Assembly (NCBI GenBank): GCA_002633005.1
Contig: NMRA01000404.1
Location: forward strand, 352,085 to 416,084
Direction of reading: 5' to 3'
DNA: 64,000 nucleotides
DNA from: Phoronis australis
Lineage: Eukaryota; Animalia; Phoronida
Of this stretch, positions 26,824-41,800 are shown one piece after another; position 1 is the stretch's first letter, and every line of letters begins with the position of its first letter. The position numbers were made by a program, and so were the translations under genes. The notes below the pieces were generated by a model. That model was given only the letters and a program-made list of their open reading frames with translations. It did not search any database and had not been told where the DNA came from.

Positions 26824-29800
26824 CTGCAATAGAGTTTAAAGGAAGGCGGGTAAAATCCTTGAAAAACATCATTCTGCGATGGCCAACGATGTCACACAAT
26901 GTCAGTTCGTTTAGAATGACGAACGGTCACTAGGCAAAAAAGGTATTCAACCTTCACACGACAAAGTTGTGCAGATTCTATTAGTTTTTAAGTAGAAAAT
27001 TTACAATTGCATCACATTTTTAAAGTCGTGTGCACCAAATCCGATTTGAGAGGAAGCAGTGTGGCCAAGTGTGATAGGTTCTTGCTTTCTTTGCTTGAGG
27101 TCGTGGGTTCGAGTCCCACTAGGCCGCACTAGTAAACCTTTCAAGTTCCTCAGCTCGGTTTTATTTTTATGTATAATGAAGCACAAAAAATGGTTCCAGG
27201 TGATCAGTGAAATAAGTCCACATGCGCAGCCTGCTCACGTCCGGTACAACGTGTACCAGACCGCCTGCAATGATTTTTATGTAAATCTGATTTCATTCTC
27301 ACCAAATCCAGTGGCTTATATTGTTCATTATGGTTCAGTTGAATCGCCACGGGTGTAACGTGAACGTTGAACATCACGGTGGTGATAAGAATGATGGAAT
27401 GAGACAGCGATTTATTGTAGTCAGTGATGACTGGTGATGACCATGACGTCGCAATAACGATGATGTGATGCTAATGACGGAAATGATAATGACGAATTTC
27501 TAACCTAAACATCATTCAAGAATGAATGGACTGACCGGAGACAGCCCAAGAGTTATTATCTCTTCTGGCGAAGGATGTTAAAGTTGTGTCTCCGATGCGG
27601 AGTTGCCAGCAGTCACTGGTACGGTGCGCGGCTTTAGACGCTCTGCGGCTGGGTTTAAGATCTCTTAAAGGCCTAACTATCCCCAATTCACGTACCAGGA
27701 TGAATTTCAAAAATATCTTGACTTGTTTGCGTCAGATGTGATGTGCGACGTCTATGTTGAAAGTGCGCTATATTTTTTAATATCGGGGATGACGAAGTAG
27801 CTGATTGTATAGGGTTCTCTGTTGAGTCATGATTGTTAATAGTTTCACCTCTTCTTTGCGTTTCAATCACTGGCTTAGAAATAATACTGTTTCCAATAGT
27901 TATCGTTATGTCTACCGATGCATTTCTCCTGGGGGCCAACTCCGTCAGATACCGCAAACCGACCGTGTCAGATTTCAATGAGGACGACATGTACTTTTAA
28001 GCCAGAATCCCAGACTGCTATAGAAATGAGTTCTTTGAACCCGAAATAAAAATCTATAAGCGTATGATTGTATTGTTTGACCTCCATTTCATTTACAAAA
28101 GCGTGTGCCATAACAACTGTTTGTTGTCACTGAAACAATTAAAACAAATCTAATAAACATTCTGACGCCGCCAATGTCGTATGCATGTAGCTTCACTACA
28201 TATCCTGAAATACACACAAAGCATACTCCTGGATAAATTTGTTCCTCCATTATATACATAGGTTTTCTGCACATGCGGCAATAATGTCTGAGCTCACTGA
28301 CTCGTTAGTGTTGAATAGCCGAACACTTACGTCTTCCAGGTACGAAGTCCCTAAAGTGCAGACAAAGTTTGTAACCATTTTCCGTCTCCATCACATTTCT
28401 CAGTTTGTGCAAAACGAAAGCCTCGTCTTCACCGTTGCCCCTATAGGACACAAAAGCGTCGTAAACGTGATCGTCTGTAAAATGAATATCATATGAAATT
28501 GTATCGAACAAAAGCACAAGTACAGAGGTGTTGTTATATCCTTTGATGGAACTGTATTCCTGATGATGATTTATAGAATATCTCGAAACTTCATTTATTT
28601 GCATCGCATCAGTTCCGCTTGTCAGTTTATCGACTTTTGCTGCTTGTGTGGTCAAAATTTAACATTGACAATTTCCAAGTGGTCATTTTTCACAAAATGC
28701 GATTAAAAACTTATAATTATGCAGATCATAAACTTTCGATTGGAAGTCGAACGTATTCTTAAGCTCGGATCCCACTACAGCCAATGAGCATAAGTCAAGA
28801 GTGGTTGTCGTCAGTGAAAATATAATGCACGCCAGATGGGATAGTTCAAAAGAACAGTATGGGCCATGTCCGTAATTAGCGGTCACAAATGGTGATTTTT
28901 GCCATGTTGGTTCATGGTGTTTGGAAATCCTAAATGATTTTATGAAAAAAAGTTATGACCTTTAGGGGCAGATCCAGGATTTTGAGTTGGGGGCAGGGAG
29001 TATTAGCCAGGATTTTGCCCGTCAGACATTTGCACCCCCGAACTGCCAAGTGGAATCTGAGAGAATTTTGGAGGGCATGCCCCCCACCCCCTTAATCCGC
29101 CATTGACCTACTTGAAAGTTGTTCAATGCATTTTCAAGGTATGCACCTGATATTCAAGACACAAAGTGTATTTCGCATTGCTTCTTCAGATACTTGAAGT
29201 CAAAAGGACGCAAGGTCATACATTCTTAATTTTGAATTCTGTGCATCATTAAAATGATATTGGTCAAAGAGTTGATAGATCTTGTCTAATGATCCAGCTC
29301 TCTGACGATAATGTTAATTATTGGAGCTTTTATGGTAATTAATTTAAATTACTGTGTTCAGTGATGGAAGAACTTACCATCCTCGACTTCTTTAAAGTGG
29401 TGTACTAACTTCATAACCCATAACATACGTCTTCTATACATCCAGCGTCCTAGCGCAAGGAATCCCATGGAACATGATAGAAGTACGAATAGACAGCAAG
29501 CTAGGATAATCCACTTGGCACCGGGAACGAGATCTAAGGAAAAGTACAAATGCGTCTCAAACTTAATACCGTATCTTTAGACAACTACAACTAAATTCAG
29601 CTTCATCGAGTTTTGACAAGCAATTCGGGTATCTCACTGTTTACTTTGGAGATGGCCTTAGAAATCTATGACATTTTACGAAACTGTACAAATTTGTATC
29701 GATAACATATCTAGATAATGAGTTGAATCGATAGCATATCTATAATGAATTGTGTATCGATAGCACGTCTAGATAATGAGTTTTATACCACAGTATTAGC

Positions 29801-32800
29801 GTCGAATGGCTGATACAACCGTGTAATAACCCATAAAGTTATCTCACAAGTGAGATAACATTTTGGCGGGAAACCGAGGCCGTATTCGAACCCGGGCCTC
29901 AAGAGTTGCGAGTCGCCGACTTTACCACTACACCACTCAGCGGCTGACGTCATCGAACGTCAAACTAGAATCAATGGTAGTGTAGTAGTATCCTATACTC
30001 GTACACTCCTTGCTAGAATACTTAAATGAGCACGCGCAACAATCGCATGTTCAGCAAAGGGCATTGCACCGACATTGATACGCTATGAAAAACAAGACGC
30101 ATAATTTCCATAAAAACGATATTTAAATTCAGTGAAATTTTTCTCTCGTGTTCTCTCACTTGTAAATCATCGATCTCCAATTTGAATGCGGGTATCGTGT
30201 CGTCGGGATCCTTTGACTTGAGCATTATAATCAGTTACTTGTGGTAACCTACTTTAGCTGACGATATTTTCCCGGTCGAAGCTTAGCGTGATAAATGTCT
30301 GGTAAGCTATAATAGTTGCTAAACCTTAATTTATAGATTCACTTTATTTCTATTTTGTTTAAATTTTCAATTGCTTGTGAGTATAAGCATTATTTGACAA
30401 AATAGCTCGGCTTTTCTTAAAAGGTCACGACCTCCGACCCCGGGCCTCTGACATAGAAAGTAGTTACAAAGCCGAGTGGAGTCGAGAAAGGTAGATCGAT
30501 TTATTTGCAATGTTTCTCGTTCAGTATGTGATATAAATAGATTATTACATCGTGGATTTTGGAAAATTATCACCCTCGGGGCTAACGCCCCTTGGGCGAT
30601 AATCCTCCAAAATCCACTCGGGCTCTAGATAACGAAGATAACGACTTCGCCATGTAATAATCTATATGAATCGATAGCATATCTAGATAATGAATTGTGT
30701 ATCGATAGAATGTCTAGGTAATGAGTTGAATCGGTAGCATATCTAGATAATGAGTTGTCATTTAAACGGACATTATCGGCGAGAAAAGTGATTTTCTGAG
30801 ATCATCCTCAGCGCATTATTGAACCTGGGACCTGGCTCCACGACCGCAGTCTAACGCCCTGCTGCCGGAGTTCAAATCCACTCGATAAACAGTAGTCCTA
30901 GAGTGTTCAAGCTTATTTAACTGGTTAAGTGGCTGACTTCGATTTCACTGAATGCCTACCAGACAACGGCGAGAACTGGCGACTTATAATTAAATCACAA
31001 AAATACAACCACTTTTGTTGTTTTGTGGTCAAAGCTAATAACTTCAAGAAGTCTATCCCGTTCAATAATAATTCCAGAAACTACGCTTTTCAGCCGTAAA
31101 ACCGATAACGTACCTTTAAATTGTTAAATATCAAAATAAAATAGCGAAACTATCAGTAACAAGCCTGTGAATTTGGCATCAGACTTATGATGGAGTCGAA
31201 CCCACGTCACACCCGTTCCCGACACCGTAACTCTATTCAAGAGTCTATTAAAATGCAAGCCGCTACATGCTTGTAACTCAGTGTAATACGTTTAAACGGT
31301 CAGATTTACATTTAACAACATGGGTGTGCTGTGGGCTCACCGGTGTCCCCTGTTTATATGGAGGAATTTGAACTGAAAGCCCGTGGTAGTTTTTCTGGTC
31401 CCTGTCCACGAGTGTGGCTTCGTTGTGCTGATGACACTTTTGTTGTTCTGAAGAAAGCTGAGACCGCCAAGCTTTTAATCATATTAACCTGTGTGACAAT
31501 CATCACATAAAATTCACTGAGGAACGAAGTACAGGTGACTCGCTACCCTCTCTGGGTTGCCTAGTAACAGTAGTTAACAGCAAGATTTTGATTAATGTTT
31601 ACAAGAAACCGACACATACATAATACTACTTGCCATTCGATTCGAACCACCCATTAGTTCACAAACTTGGTGTGATAAAATCATTGGACTTCAGGGCTGT
31701 CCCCAACAATGAGGAAGAATAGGAACTCGATCTCAACAAAGTGGTACCCAGATTGGGCGCTCTACAAGGCTGAGAAAGAAAACCATAGGGATCAGGACCA
31801 GGACGAGACGAACNNNNAACCCCCCCCCCCCCCCAAGGCTTATGTAACTATCCCACATATCCTGGGTATTTCAGACCGGGTGAAAAAACATCTCCACCAG
31901 CACGGGGTGTCCACAACATTCAAACCATTAACTCTCTTAGGGGTAAATTAATTAATGTAAAAGACAAATCACCGAATGAAGAACGTTCTAATGGGGATAA
32001 GGTGTGGGAACTACGAGTCCTATATTGGAGAAACGAAGCAGGCGCTTAAAAGTAGGATTTATCAACACTGTCGCCCTACCTATGGAGATAACTATGACTC
32101 AGCAGTGTTTAGTCACCTTTGCGCATCAGACCATGATTTTTCTATGGGAAATGTGGAGATCCTTGATTCTGAGGAAGATTGGTTTTCCGTGAAATGGCTT
32201 GATGGTCGCCAAGATCAATATTTTGACACTGCACCACACGGAAAGAGTGTTAACTTTGCGATGTATATCAAACGTCCAGTGGCCGATTTGATTATCAGGT
32301 ACTTACCTGGCGCCTTGGACCCAGGGAATTTGAGCGACAGCAGACAGCAATTACTGTCAACAAGGACGGGGCAGGCAATAGCCTAGAAGAGGGTCTAAAA
32401 GATGACTCTGAAGTGGGTACTACTCGCCAAGAGCAGAACCCTGTGACGTCAACTCTGGATGGTGTGAAGGTGGTCGACATATCAGTGGGAACGGATCCTG
32501 GGGAATCCAGCAGGGCAGTGGTAGCTGTGACTACCAGGGCTCAGGCAGAGCGACAAAATGTAGACATTAAGCTATTAGCAGTATCGCCGACCTTGTACGA
32601 GGTGGGAATAAGGCATTTCAAAGAAGACCAGTGAGAAGATTCATCAATGAAAAGGCTATGGGATCAAGCCAGGGTCGAACTTCAGATCAAAGGCAAGGGG
32701 TNTTCCGTGAAATGGATTGATGGTCGCCAAGATCAATATTATGACACCGCACCACACGGAAAGAGTGTTAACTTTGCGATGTATATCAAACGTCCAGTAG

Positions 32801-35800
32801 CCGATTTGATTATCAGGTACTTACCTGGCGCCTTGGACCCAGGGAATTTGAGCGACAGCAGACAGCAATTACTGTCAACAAGGACGGGGCAGGCAATAGC
32901 CTAGAAGAGGGTCTAAAAGATGACTCTGAAGTGGGTACTACTCGCCAAGAGCAGAACCCTGTGACGTCAACTCTGGATGGTGTGAAGGTGGTCGACATAT
33001 CAGTGGGAACGGATCCTGGGGAATCCAGCAGGGCAGTGGTAGCTGTGACTACCAGGGCTCAGGCAGAGCGACAAAATGTAGACATTAAGCCATTAGCAGT
33101 ATCGCCGACCTTGTACGAGGTGGGAATAAGGCATTTCAAAGAAGACCAGTGAGGAGATTCATCAATGAAAAGGCTATGGGATCAAGCCAGGGTCGAACTT
33201 CAGATCAAAGGCAAGGGGTCATACATGATGTAAGTCCAACGAGGGATACTCTATCGGCTGTCCAGAACGGTGACGACGTGAAACAAGTTTTCGTGTCGAA
33301 AAAGTTACGAAAGTTCATACTGAGTGGACACCTCGGTGTTAAGAAGACAAGTGACCGCATCACCAGCAGACAGGAGTGGCATCAGAAGTGACCTAGTTCT
33401 GCCGATCGTGTGACATATCCCAGAAGACGGTCTCAAAAGGTTGAGTGATAACGGTGCCGCTGAGAAAGATGCCATCGACGGAGGAGCCTTTCGAGAGGAT
33501 GGAGATTGACTTGATTGGCCCAATAGCTCCGATTCAGAGACGATGAACACGTATATCCTCACCGTGGGAGATTTCGCCACTCGAGAGCAGTGGTGCTAGC
33601 GAAGATTGCTGAAGCAATGTAAGAGGTCTTCAACAGAGTGAAGTTCTCATGAAAGATCCTGAGTGATCGCGGAACGTAGTTCACAGCGGAACTGATGAAG
33701 GAGGTCAACAGGCTTGTGAGTGCACAGCAGGTGTATTCGACCCATGACAACCCACGATGTAGCGAGCTCAGTGATTGAATCAACGTTTATTGAAAGCTAT
33801 GCTGAAGAGGGTGTGTCGAGAAGGGCCAACAGACTGGGATTGGTACCTGCCAGCTGTCCTGTTTGTTTATTGAGAAGTCCCACAGTCATTCAAAGGATTT
33901 TCACCCTTCGCGTTGCTGTGCAGCAGGACAGTGACAGAGATCATATGAAGATCCTGGGTGAATTTTGGACTGGGGAAGATACAACGAAGTCCGAAATACT
34001 TATCAGTATGTCTTCAAGTTTAGAAACCGCAGAGAGGAGACCTACAAGCTAGATAGGAAGAGCTTGTACAATGCGCACGTATTCACAAGCATTACTACGA
34101 CAAGAAGGCCAGAGATACGCAGGTTCGAGTGGGACAGAGAGTGTTGGAGCTACTTTCCACGGACCACAGCAAGCTTTCCCTGCAATGGAAGGGGACATAC
34201 GAAGTTACGGAAGCAATCAACCTTATGGAGTTCAGAATCAACATAAACGGGAAGATTAAGATCTTCCATGCCAATCTATTGAAGGCGTATCACGAACATG
34301 ATGCGGTGTTAACTGTGAGACTGGCGAAGCGACCCTTATTCACGAAGCCTGCTTAGAGCTCCGGGCGTAGGTCCAAGGCGAGACCTACAAGGACGTTAAG
34401 CTGTGAGGTCGTTTCTAGGGATTACAGGGTGCCACAAAAAGTTTGTTCCAAACTACACACAGATTAACACGCCATAAACAGACTTACTGAAAAAGGACCA
34501 GCCAAAGAAAGTCATGTGGACCGACTCTCACAACCAGGCATTCAAGAAGCTAAAGCAAGCGCTTGGAAGTAGTCCGATCCTACGAGTGGCAGACTTCATC
34601 CAGAAATTCACCGTTAGGACAGACGCATGAAATGTTGGCTTGGAGAAAGTCTTACAGCAGGAGTTCAATGATGGGATATCCCCAGTTGCTCATGCCATCC
34701 GAAAGTTGTAAGGTAGCGAGCGGCATTACTTCACAAAAGAAAAGCAGTGTTTGGCAATAGTGTTCGCCTTTAAACGTTTCCAGTTTTATCTCCATGGTTT
34801 GAAATTCGTAGTGCAGACAGACCAAAAGCCGTTGGTTTATTTCAGCACTTCAAGACTGTGAGTCCTAGAGTTGGCCGATGGCGTTGCAAATTTATAAGTT
34901 CCATGTCGAAGAAATCTCAGAAAAATCTAATGTCTGTGCAGACTGTTCGAGTCAACTAATGTAGCCGAATCTGGAAGCACCTTAGGGGACACAGAAACAT
35001 GGTTATGAGTTAGGAGTGTGTTGTCACTGGATTTCATTTTACTGCTCTGATTGTTTACTAGCAGATAGTACTTGAATAACGTAGCCCATGAGTTCAGGCA
35101 AGTGATGACGTCATTTGTTTTCAATAGAATAGGAGGGAACATTCTTGAAGATTCGAGTATGTTAGTGATTAATGTAGTCTGGGATATTCTAGGGCATAGT
35201 GTATGTGTGTAGAGTGATTGGGTAGATGGCGGAAATTTAAAGAATGTACTTGGATTAAAACTTGCAGAACACAATAAGAGACTATAAATACCCAGGTAGG
35301 GGTTAGTGACAGTCAGATGAGTTCAGTTAAAGTTGGAGTTGAAATTCAGTTACAGTCAAAGTTATAGTAAAGTTGCAGTGAAGAAAATCAGCTGTTACAG
35401 CGTTAGTCAACAGAGAGCCATCTATAGAGGCAGCAGATTATTTCATCAACGAGTGTAACAGTTACTGAAAGTGTCTTTAAATTAGAAGTTTATCACAACT
35501 CAAGGCTTCGCAGCACTGGCAGGAGTATAAAACAGACATTACGTCGGACGTTTTTGTTTGAGTAGACTTGTGAGCGTACGGCCGAGATTAATAAAACAAT
35601 TAACTGGAACCAGTCTTGAGTCTATCGTCGCACCCAGAACTATTAGCACCAGTCTGTAACAACCTGCACCCACACATACACAGGGTAAAACGTGACAATG
35701 GGATAGAATTGTCTATTTCCACTCCACAAGCGAAGGCGTTTCGCCCCAAGTGCATGGCTGATTTCTAGGGTCTACGGAACTCGTCCGAGTCCCCACAACT

Positions 35801-38800
35801 GGACAAAGTTTGAGAACACTCTCTTCTAATTAATTTAAGAAGGATTATTAAAAATGTTGATTGTCGCCACAGATTCCCTGCCACTTTGTCGTTTTGGTTG
35901 CATTGATGGGACTAAAATAGACCTGCCCCATAGCTTTCACATCTTGATCAAAATACAGGGGTTGGGGGAGGTATTAATCGCCACTGTTTAGCTGTCAATG
36001 ACGAATTCTTAAGGTTTTGTCGGTTACAAACTACAATCACGTTTATTTGATCCTGACTGGCAGAATCAGACGGTAACTCAACTCACATGTAGGAGTTCGT
36101 GTGCCATTTTGCAGTTTTAAGTTTAGCCAACCCCAATAAACTTTGACTTGCTTTCTTGAGTCGATAAGTGTTTCTATGTTCTTGTTGGTAGCGGAAATCA
36201 AGTCCTAACACAGAAAGGAATTAGTGAAAGCAATTGTTCAAAATGAATTGACTCAACTATTTAATCATTTTTAGGACCTTACGGCTAAAGAAATCCAAAT
36301 TTAACGTATTTCGATTCATGTGTTGCTAAAAGCCCAGTGTTGATAATATTTCAACGTGGTAGCTTTCTCGTCACATGTAAAAGTCACTACAGCTCAAAGA
36401 AAATTACAGGTTTATTGAAAGTCCACTGTCGAAGACAACGCAACATGTGTGAACAATTGATGGAGTTCTCTCTGCAACTTCATAAATAGACATTGAGGTA
36501 AGACATAATACCGTTATAATCGCAAAAGTGGAAGTGTCAGAAAGAACAAAAAACAGATTTCCAATTTTCGATTTTCTGAATGCACCGTGATTCACCATCT
36601 AATAGTTGTTAGACGCATTTTGATCAGCTGTTTGGCAACAGTGTCGCGATCTGAATTTAGATTGGAAAATGAAGCATTCGAACGTTGGTCGTTAGTATAA
36701 TTTTCGTGAAATGTCGACTATCAACAGTTAATTCTTTCAAATTTAGATTGAATATTAAATTTTTAAATTTACGGTAATATTCTAGGTTTCAATGTTCAAT
36801 TTAAGTTTGAAAATTGAACTGGAAACCACCACACAGATCAATAAATGTCAAAACAACAAAAACTCACATCAAAATGATTTTTAATTAACTTATCTGCTAT
36901 TTCCAATAACATGTTCAAATGTTTAGTCAATGTCTTCAAAACGATTGCTTTACGGCTTTTGGCAAAGTGTGAAAACCTACTATGATTACTGATGTAAACA
37001 CAAGATTTGCAGGGTCGCGTTCATGACTTGCTGACTTTGGGAAATTGAGCGTTCAAAATGAACAACAAGCTTTTGCAAAGTGAACCGAATTCGTCCTGAT
37101 GAACTTATAAGTATGCCTATTGTACTTCCTAGTGGTGGTGCATATCTAGTGAAAGCGTGGCATAAAAATGAATGTTTCACCCAGAAGCAACAACAGCAGC
37201 AGCACCACCACCACCATTTCAATAAGTGGTATTTCACTCGTTCAGTATATTTATTTGAGGATATGGACCCATTTATTTTTCACAACCTTTTTTCTCAATT
37301 GGAACCGGTCCACCAATCCCTTCCAGGGTCCTACGTAAACTTAACGAACAAAATCCACCCGACTTGACCCAACACGACTTATATGCAAATTCAGATATGA
37401 GTGCACATGCGTGAGTTGTAAAGCAGTTCGTCATTAGCTAAAGAGTTAAAGGAGAATGCCACCCAAAAAACAACCTAGTTTGTATGAATTTAGATCTAGC
37501 AGTTCCACTCGATAATAGCAAGTACAACTCTTTTACCTGACACCTGACGGCAGACGGTGTTGAAATTAACCAATGACGTCAGAGGTTCGAATGCAGTCTG
37601 TTCAGCAGTTCACAACACGCTTACTGGTGTCAGATTATCGCTTTAATTTATCGGTTTACACCAATAAATCACCAAAATTCGATGTAAAACCCTTACAAAT
37701 ACATCGAGTTATTGAACAAATGTGTTATTTTATTTCGCTGGAACGGATTTTTAGGTATTTGAACGTGACGTAGCCTACAAAGCTCGGTAGGCCAATTTAC
37801 AAGGTCGGTCGCGGGAGTTTGAGGTGTTCGCTGAAATACAGGCAGGAAAACACAGCTGTGTGTTGTAATTTTAGACTCGCGATTTTTTTCAGTTCTACGC
37901 ACACAAAACGCTTGCTATCTCGGCCACTGGCTCGGAACCCGATCAGGCCCATCGCGGCCGGACTGAAGACATCACGAACATAAACCAGCCAAAGTTGGAA
38001 ACTAAACCTCCAGTCACGAAAAGACAATACTAGTGAGCCAAAGAAAAATGTGCACGTGGTTATTTTGGTGAATTAGCCGCAAAACTGCAAATCTACTTAC
38101 TAGCTCGTTGGGACCGCGAATTCAGGTTACCCTTCCACTGACAGAACCGTCTAAATAAAGATCCCCCTAGCTTCTGACCATAGGATATAAAATAGAGTTA
38201 TTGTTTCACAACAGCTTTCTGTCAGCAAACACTGAATTAGCATGCACTCAAACGGCCTCGGTGTCCGGTCAATTAGGTCATTGCATCTAAAGCCGGTAGC
38301 GCAGTGATTTATTCATTGCTGGCTTCTGAAAACATTTGCACTCACGAACACTCTAAGGCATTACAAATTGTATCTAATGAGACAGACTTTGTTTCAGTTT
38401 TATATAAGCATAGGTTAGGGTGAGAATAATTCATTTTGAATCAGAACGCACAATAATAAACGTCAACGTGGCAACTCGCAATCCCGACTTAGACGAGTGC
38501 TGATCCGACGAAGACTTCACAGGGCGATCGTTAGGTTTCACAGGCTATCAGTTCGGACAGGAATACGCTGATCAAGAAAATAGAGAGACTCCGTGAACGT
38601 GTACAGACAACGGAACATATGGATAGTTCCGAATACCGTTTGAATGACTTGTCGTGGTGTCAGTGAGCTTACTGCACGATAATGGAAACGACCGACGCTT
38701 GCGTTTGCCGCCACGAAATTCCGCCAGTGAAACACCTTGGAGAAGGGCAGATGTATCACACGGACCATCCTGATTTTGAAACGCATCTAAACAGAGGTGT

Positions 38801-41800
38801 GCTTACAACGTTTTTTAGGGCTGAGAAAAAGAACTGGTGAAAACACCCTACATCCAGAGGACCAAAAATAAACCTCACGAACGAGTCAGTTATCAAACTG
38901 GTTATATAAAACGTTATGTTCTCACGCCTTGAATTAAGTGCAATTGTTTTATGTTTTCGTGGCCAACTACAATTATCCATAGCTCCACAGTCAAAAACTG
39001 ATCACCAACCGATCCAACAAAATGCAGGCCACTGACGGACAGACAAGGAGATGTTTCACGGCCTCATACTTGGTATTAACGGCCTACTTTTCACTGCCGC
39101 GAGCCACTTCCGAAGCATTATGGGCTCTCGAGGAAACCGAAAAAACGATATACCCGCTTTCCTCGCAGCTTCATAGTTCGCACAAGCGGGAACCATACAC
39201 CACATCATAGCGGCACTCACTCTGCAGAAGAACAACTGATGTCGCTGCGTCGTTTCTCACCTTCCTCACGGGTTAACACGACACCTCTCGGCGAGGTAAG
39301 ATCGACCGTATACGAGGTGATGTGGATATAGACCGAATAAGACGGTAAAAAAGACTAACTAAATCGGGTGGCATTCTCCTTTAAGAATTAAATTACGAGC
39401 CAAATTTTACACCTTAAAAATCAAATCACGAGCGTAATTTACGCGATCGTAATTAACGACATTATGATTCGTAATTATGAGCGTAATTTTACGGTGACAC
39501 ATCCCTTAAACGGCCCATCATAATAAACGTTCGGCTCACTTCTTGGAAAGTTAAAAATTTCTGCACTTTGAACCCCTGCCGTTTGCACAAGACTTTCCTC
39601 TAAAATCCATCTGATAAACGGTGCATTTCTCTTTCAAAGACCCATATCTGAAACTGACATAAATAGCCTATAACCAGGGGATTTCCCGGAACTTAAAATC
39701 ATTTTCAAAGTAGAATATTATACAAACCTTGGCAAAACATTTGATCTTCATTGAAAACACAAACTCTATCGTTGGGACACTTAAGACTACAGGGGGCCTT
39801 GTCGTCGCACAAGGTTCCTTCATACCGGTGGGGACAACTACAACGAAGAGTGCTGTTGGAAAATGCAACACATTCGCCGCCATTGCTGCACTTAAGATTA
39901 CAAGTAGTATTACACAGTTCACCTCCCCAATATTTTTCGCACTCACATTTGTACACCACAGTGGCTTTATTATTGTACGTCAGTGTAAGGAACCTCTAGG
40001 CATTGTCCGTGTATACAAGGATAACCCCCACACAGCGGGTATCCAGACGTCAAGGCGTTCTGCGAGAAAACTTTACTCGGGCTCCGGGAAGAGTTTGCAC
40101 CAAAGCTACACAGAGCCCCTCTCTTCGACGGTGAACAGATGCAGCGAAACGAACATCCATCTTCCAACAACACGCACGTGCCTCCATTCATACACCCCGG
40201 TGTTGAGCATGGGTTGCCAAACAAGCACAACCTGCTCGTGTTCGTGGGGCGACCCACATCATTGGTAGCGCCAAAACGTATGTTCGTTTCACTTTCTTGA
40301 TCTTTCACAGGGGATTGTCCATTTGTAGTGGTACCGCTTTTCGTTATACTATTATCTGCCGGCATAGTTTGCCGCCGTCTTTGCACGATTTCAACTTCTG
40401 TAGCTCTGAGAGGCGTGACCAAACATAGGGGTAAGTGCCCGGTCACTAATGATGTCAGAGTATTCGTGGTTTAAGTTGCTTCTGTTTTCTGAGCATACAT
40501 GTCAGAATCTTACATGGATGTTAGCCGTTACTACTGTCGACACCTCGTAATCAAATTGTAAAACTATTCCTAATAGTTGGTTAGTTGGCTGCCCCACCTG
40601 GTGGTCAAATATTAAAGCTATCCAAGGTGACAGATAGTTGGTTAGTTGGTTGACATCCAACATCCAATAGCTGCCCCACCTGGTTGTCAAACGGCAAGAC
40701 GGTGCAAAAGAATATATGGAGTGGAGTTTGGATGATGTCTCGGCCACAACAGGGGGCAATTAGTTTAATTGGACGAGAACCAACTACCAGTGTCTGTTGT
40801 ATCAAAATAGTCCATTACATGCAGTATGCCCGTTATTTAGTTGATGGGGCCCAAGTACTCCTGTCCGTTGCATCAAATATAGTCATATACACAGAGTATG
40901 CCATTTATTTAGTAGATGGAGTGTTGGTACCCAAACTTTGTCTCAGTAACAAATATAAGAAAATGCCCGTTATTTAGTAGATGACGTAGGATCCGAGTTC
41001 AGACAACTGACACTTCCTATATACAGTGCTGATCAAATCGAGCACCAAATGCAAAATTCGAGCCTGTGAACAGCAGAATGTTAATTGTTGTGCACAAATA
41101 AATACAGGGTATGTAGGTGCACAAGTCAACAGCTACTCCACCAACCTTGTGTGACATTAGAAAATTCAAAAATCAAATTGTCTCCATATCTTTTTTTTCT
41201 CCATATCTTGATGTGTTTTTCCTAAGCCATGTCGTGCGCATAAGTAAATGTTTCAAGTTCACAATTTTCATAACGATAACGAAATTTAAACCACAATATC
41301 AGCATCGAATGCCAGATACAACCGTGTAATTACCCATAAAGTTATCTCACTAGTGAGATAACATTTTGACGGGAAAGCGAGGCCGGATTCGAACCCGAGC
41401 CTCAAGAGTTTCGAGTCGCCGACTTTACCACTACACCACTAAGCGGGTGACGTCATCGAACGTGAAAATAGAATACTTAAATGAGCACGCAACAATCGCA
41501 TATTCAGCAAAGGGCATTGTACCGACATTTATACGCTATGAAAAATAAGACGCATAATTTCCATAAAAATGATATCTCCAATTTGAATGCGGGCATCCTG
41601 TCGTCNNNNNNNNNNNNNNNNNNNNNNNNNNNNNNNNNNNNNNNNNNNNNNNNNNNNNNNNNNNNNNNNNNNNNNNNGGGGTAAGTGCCCGGTCACTAAT
41701 GATGTCAGAGTATTCGTGGTTTAAGTTGCTTCTGTTTTCTGAGCATACATGTCAGAATCTTACATGGATGTTAGCCGTTACTACTGTCGACACCTCGTAA

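Noticed and set aside
26399-28655. Two separate TIR domains or genes
   Set aside because: The two ORFs are halves of one TIR joined in phase (FVPGR-P-IADNII).
32186-33218. Tandem duplication of about 517 bp as a biological repeat or LTR pair
   Set aside because: The copies are joined at a single N (32702) inside Gypsy coding remnant; probably an assembly artefact.
39729-40268. 179-aa plus-strand ORF and similar ones at 51087-51564 and 63047-63408
   Set aside because: Antisense shadows of the EGF exons with no recognisable motifs.
41678-41740. A fourth EGF first exon
   Set aside because: It is part of a near-identical duplicate starting at an N gap, most likely haplotype overlap.
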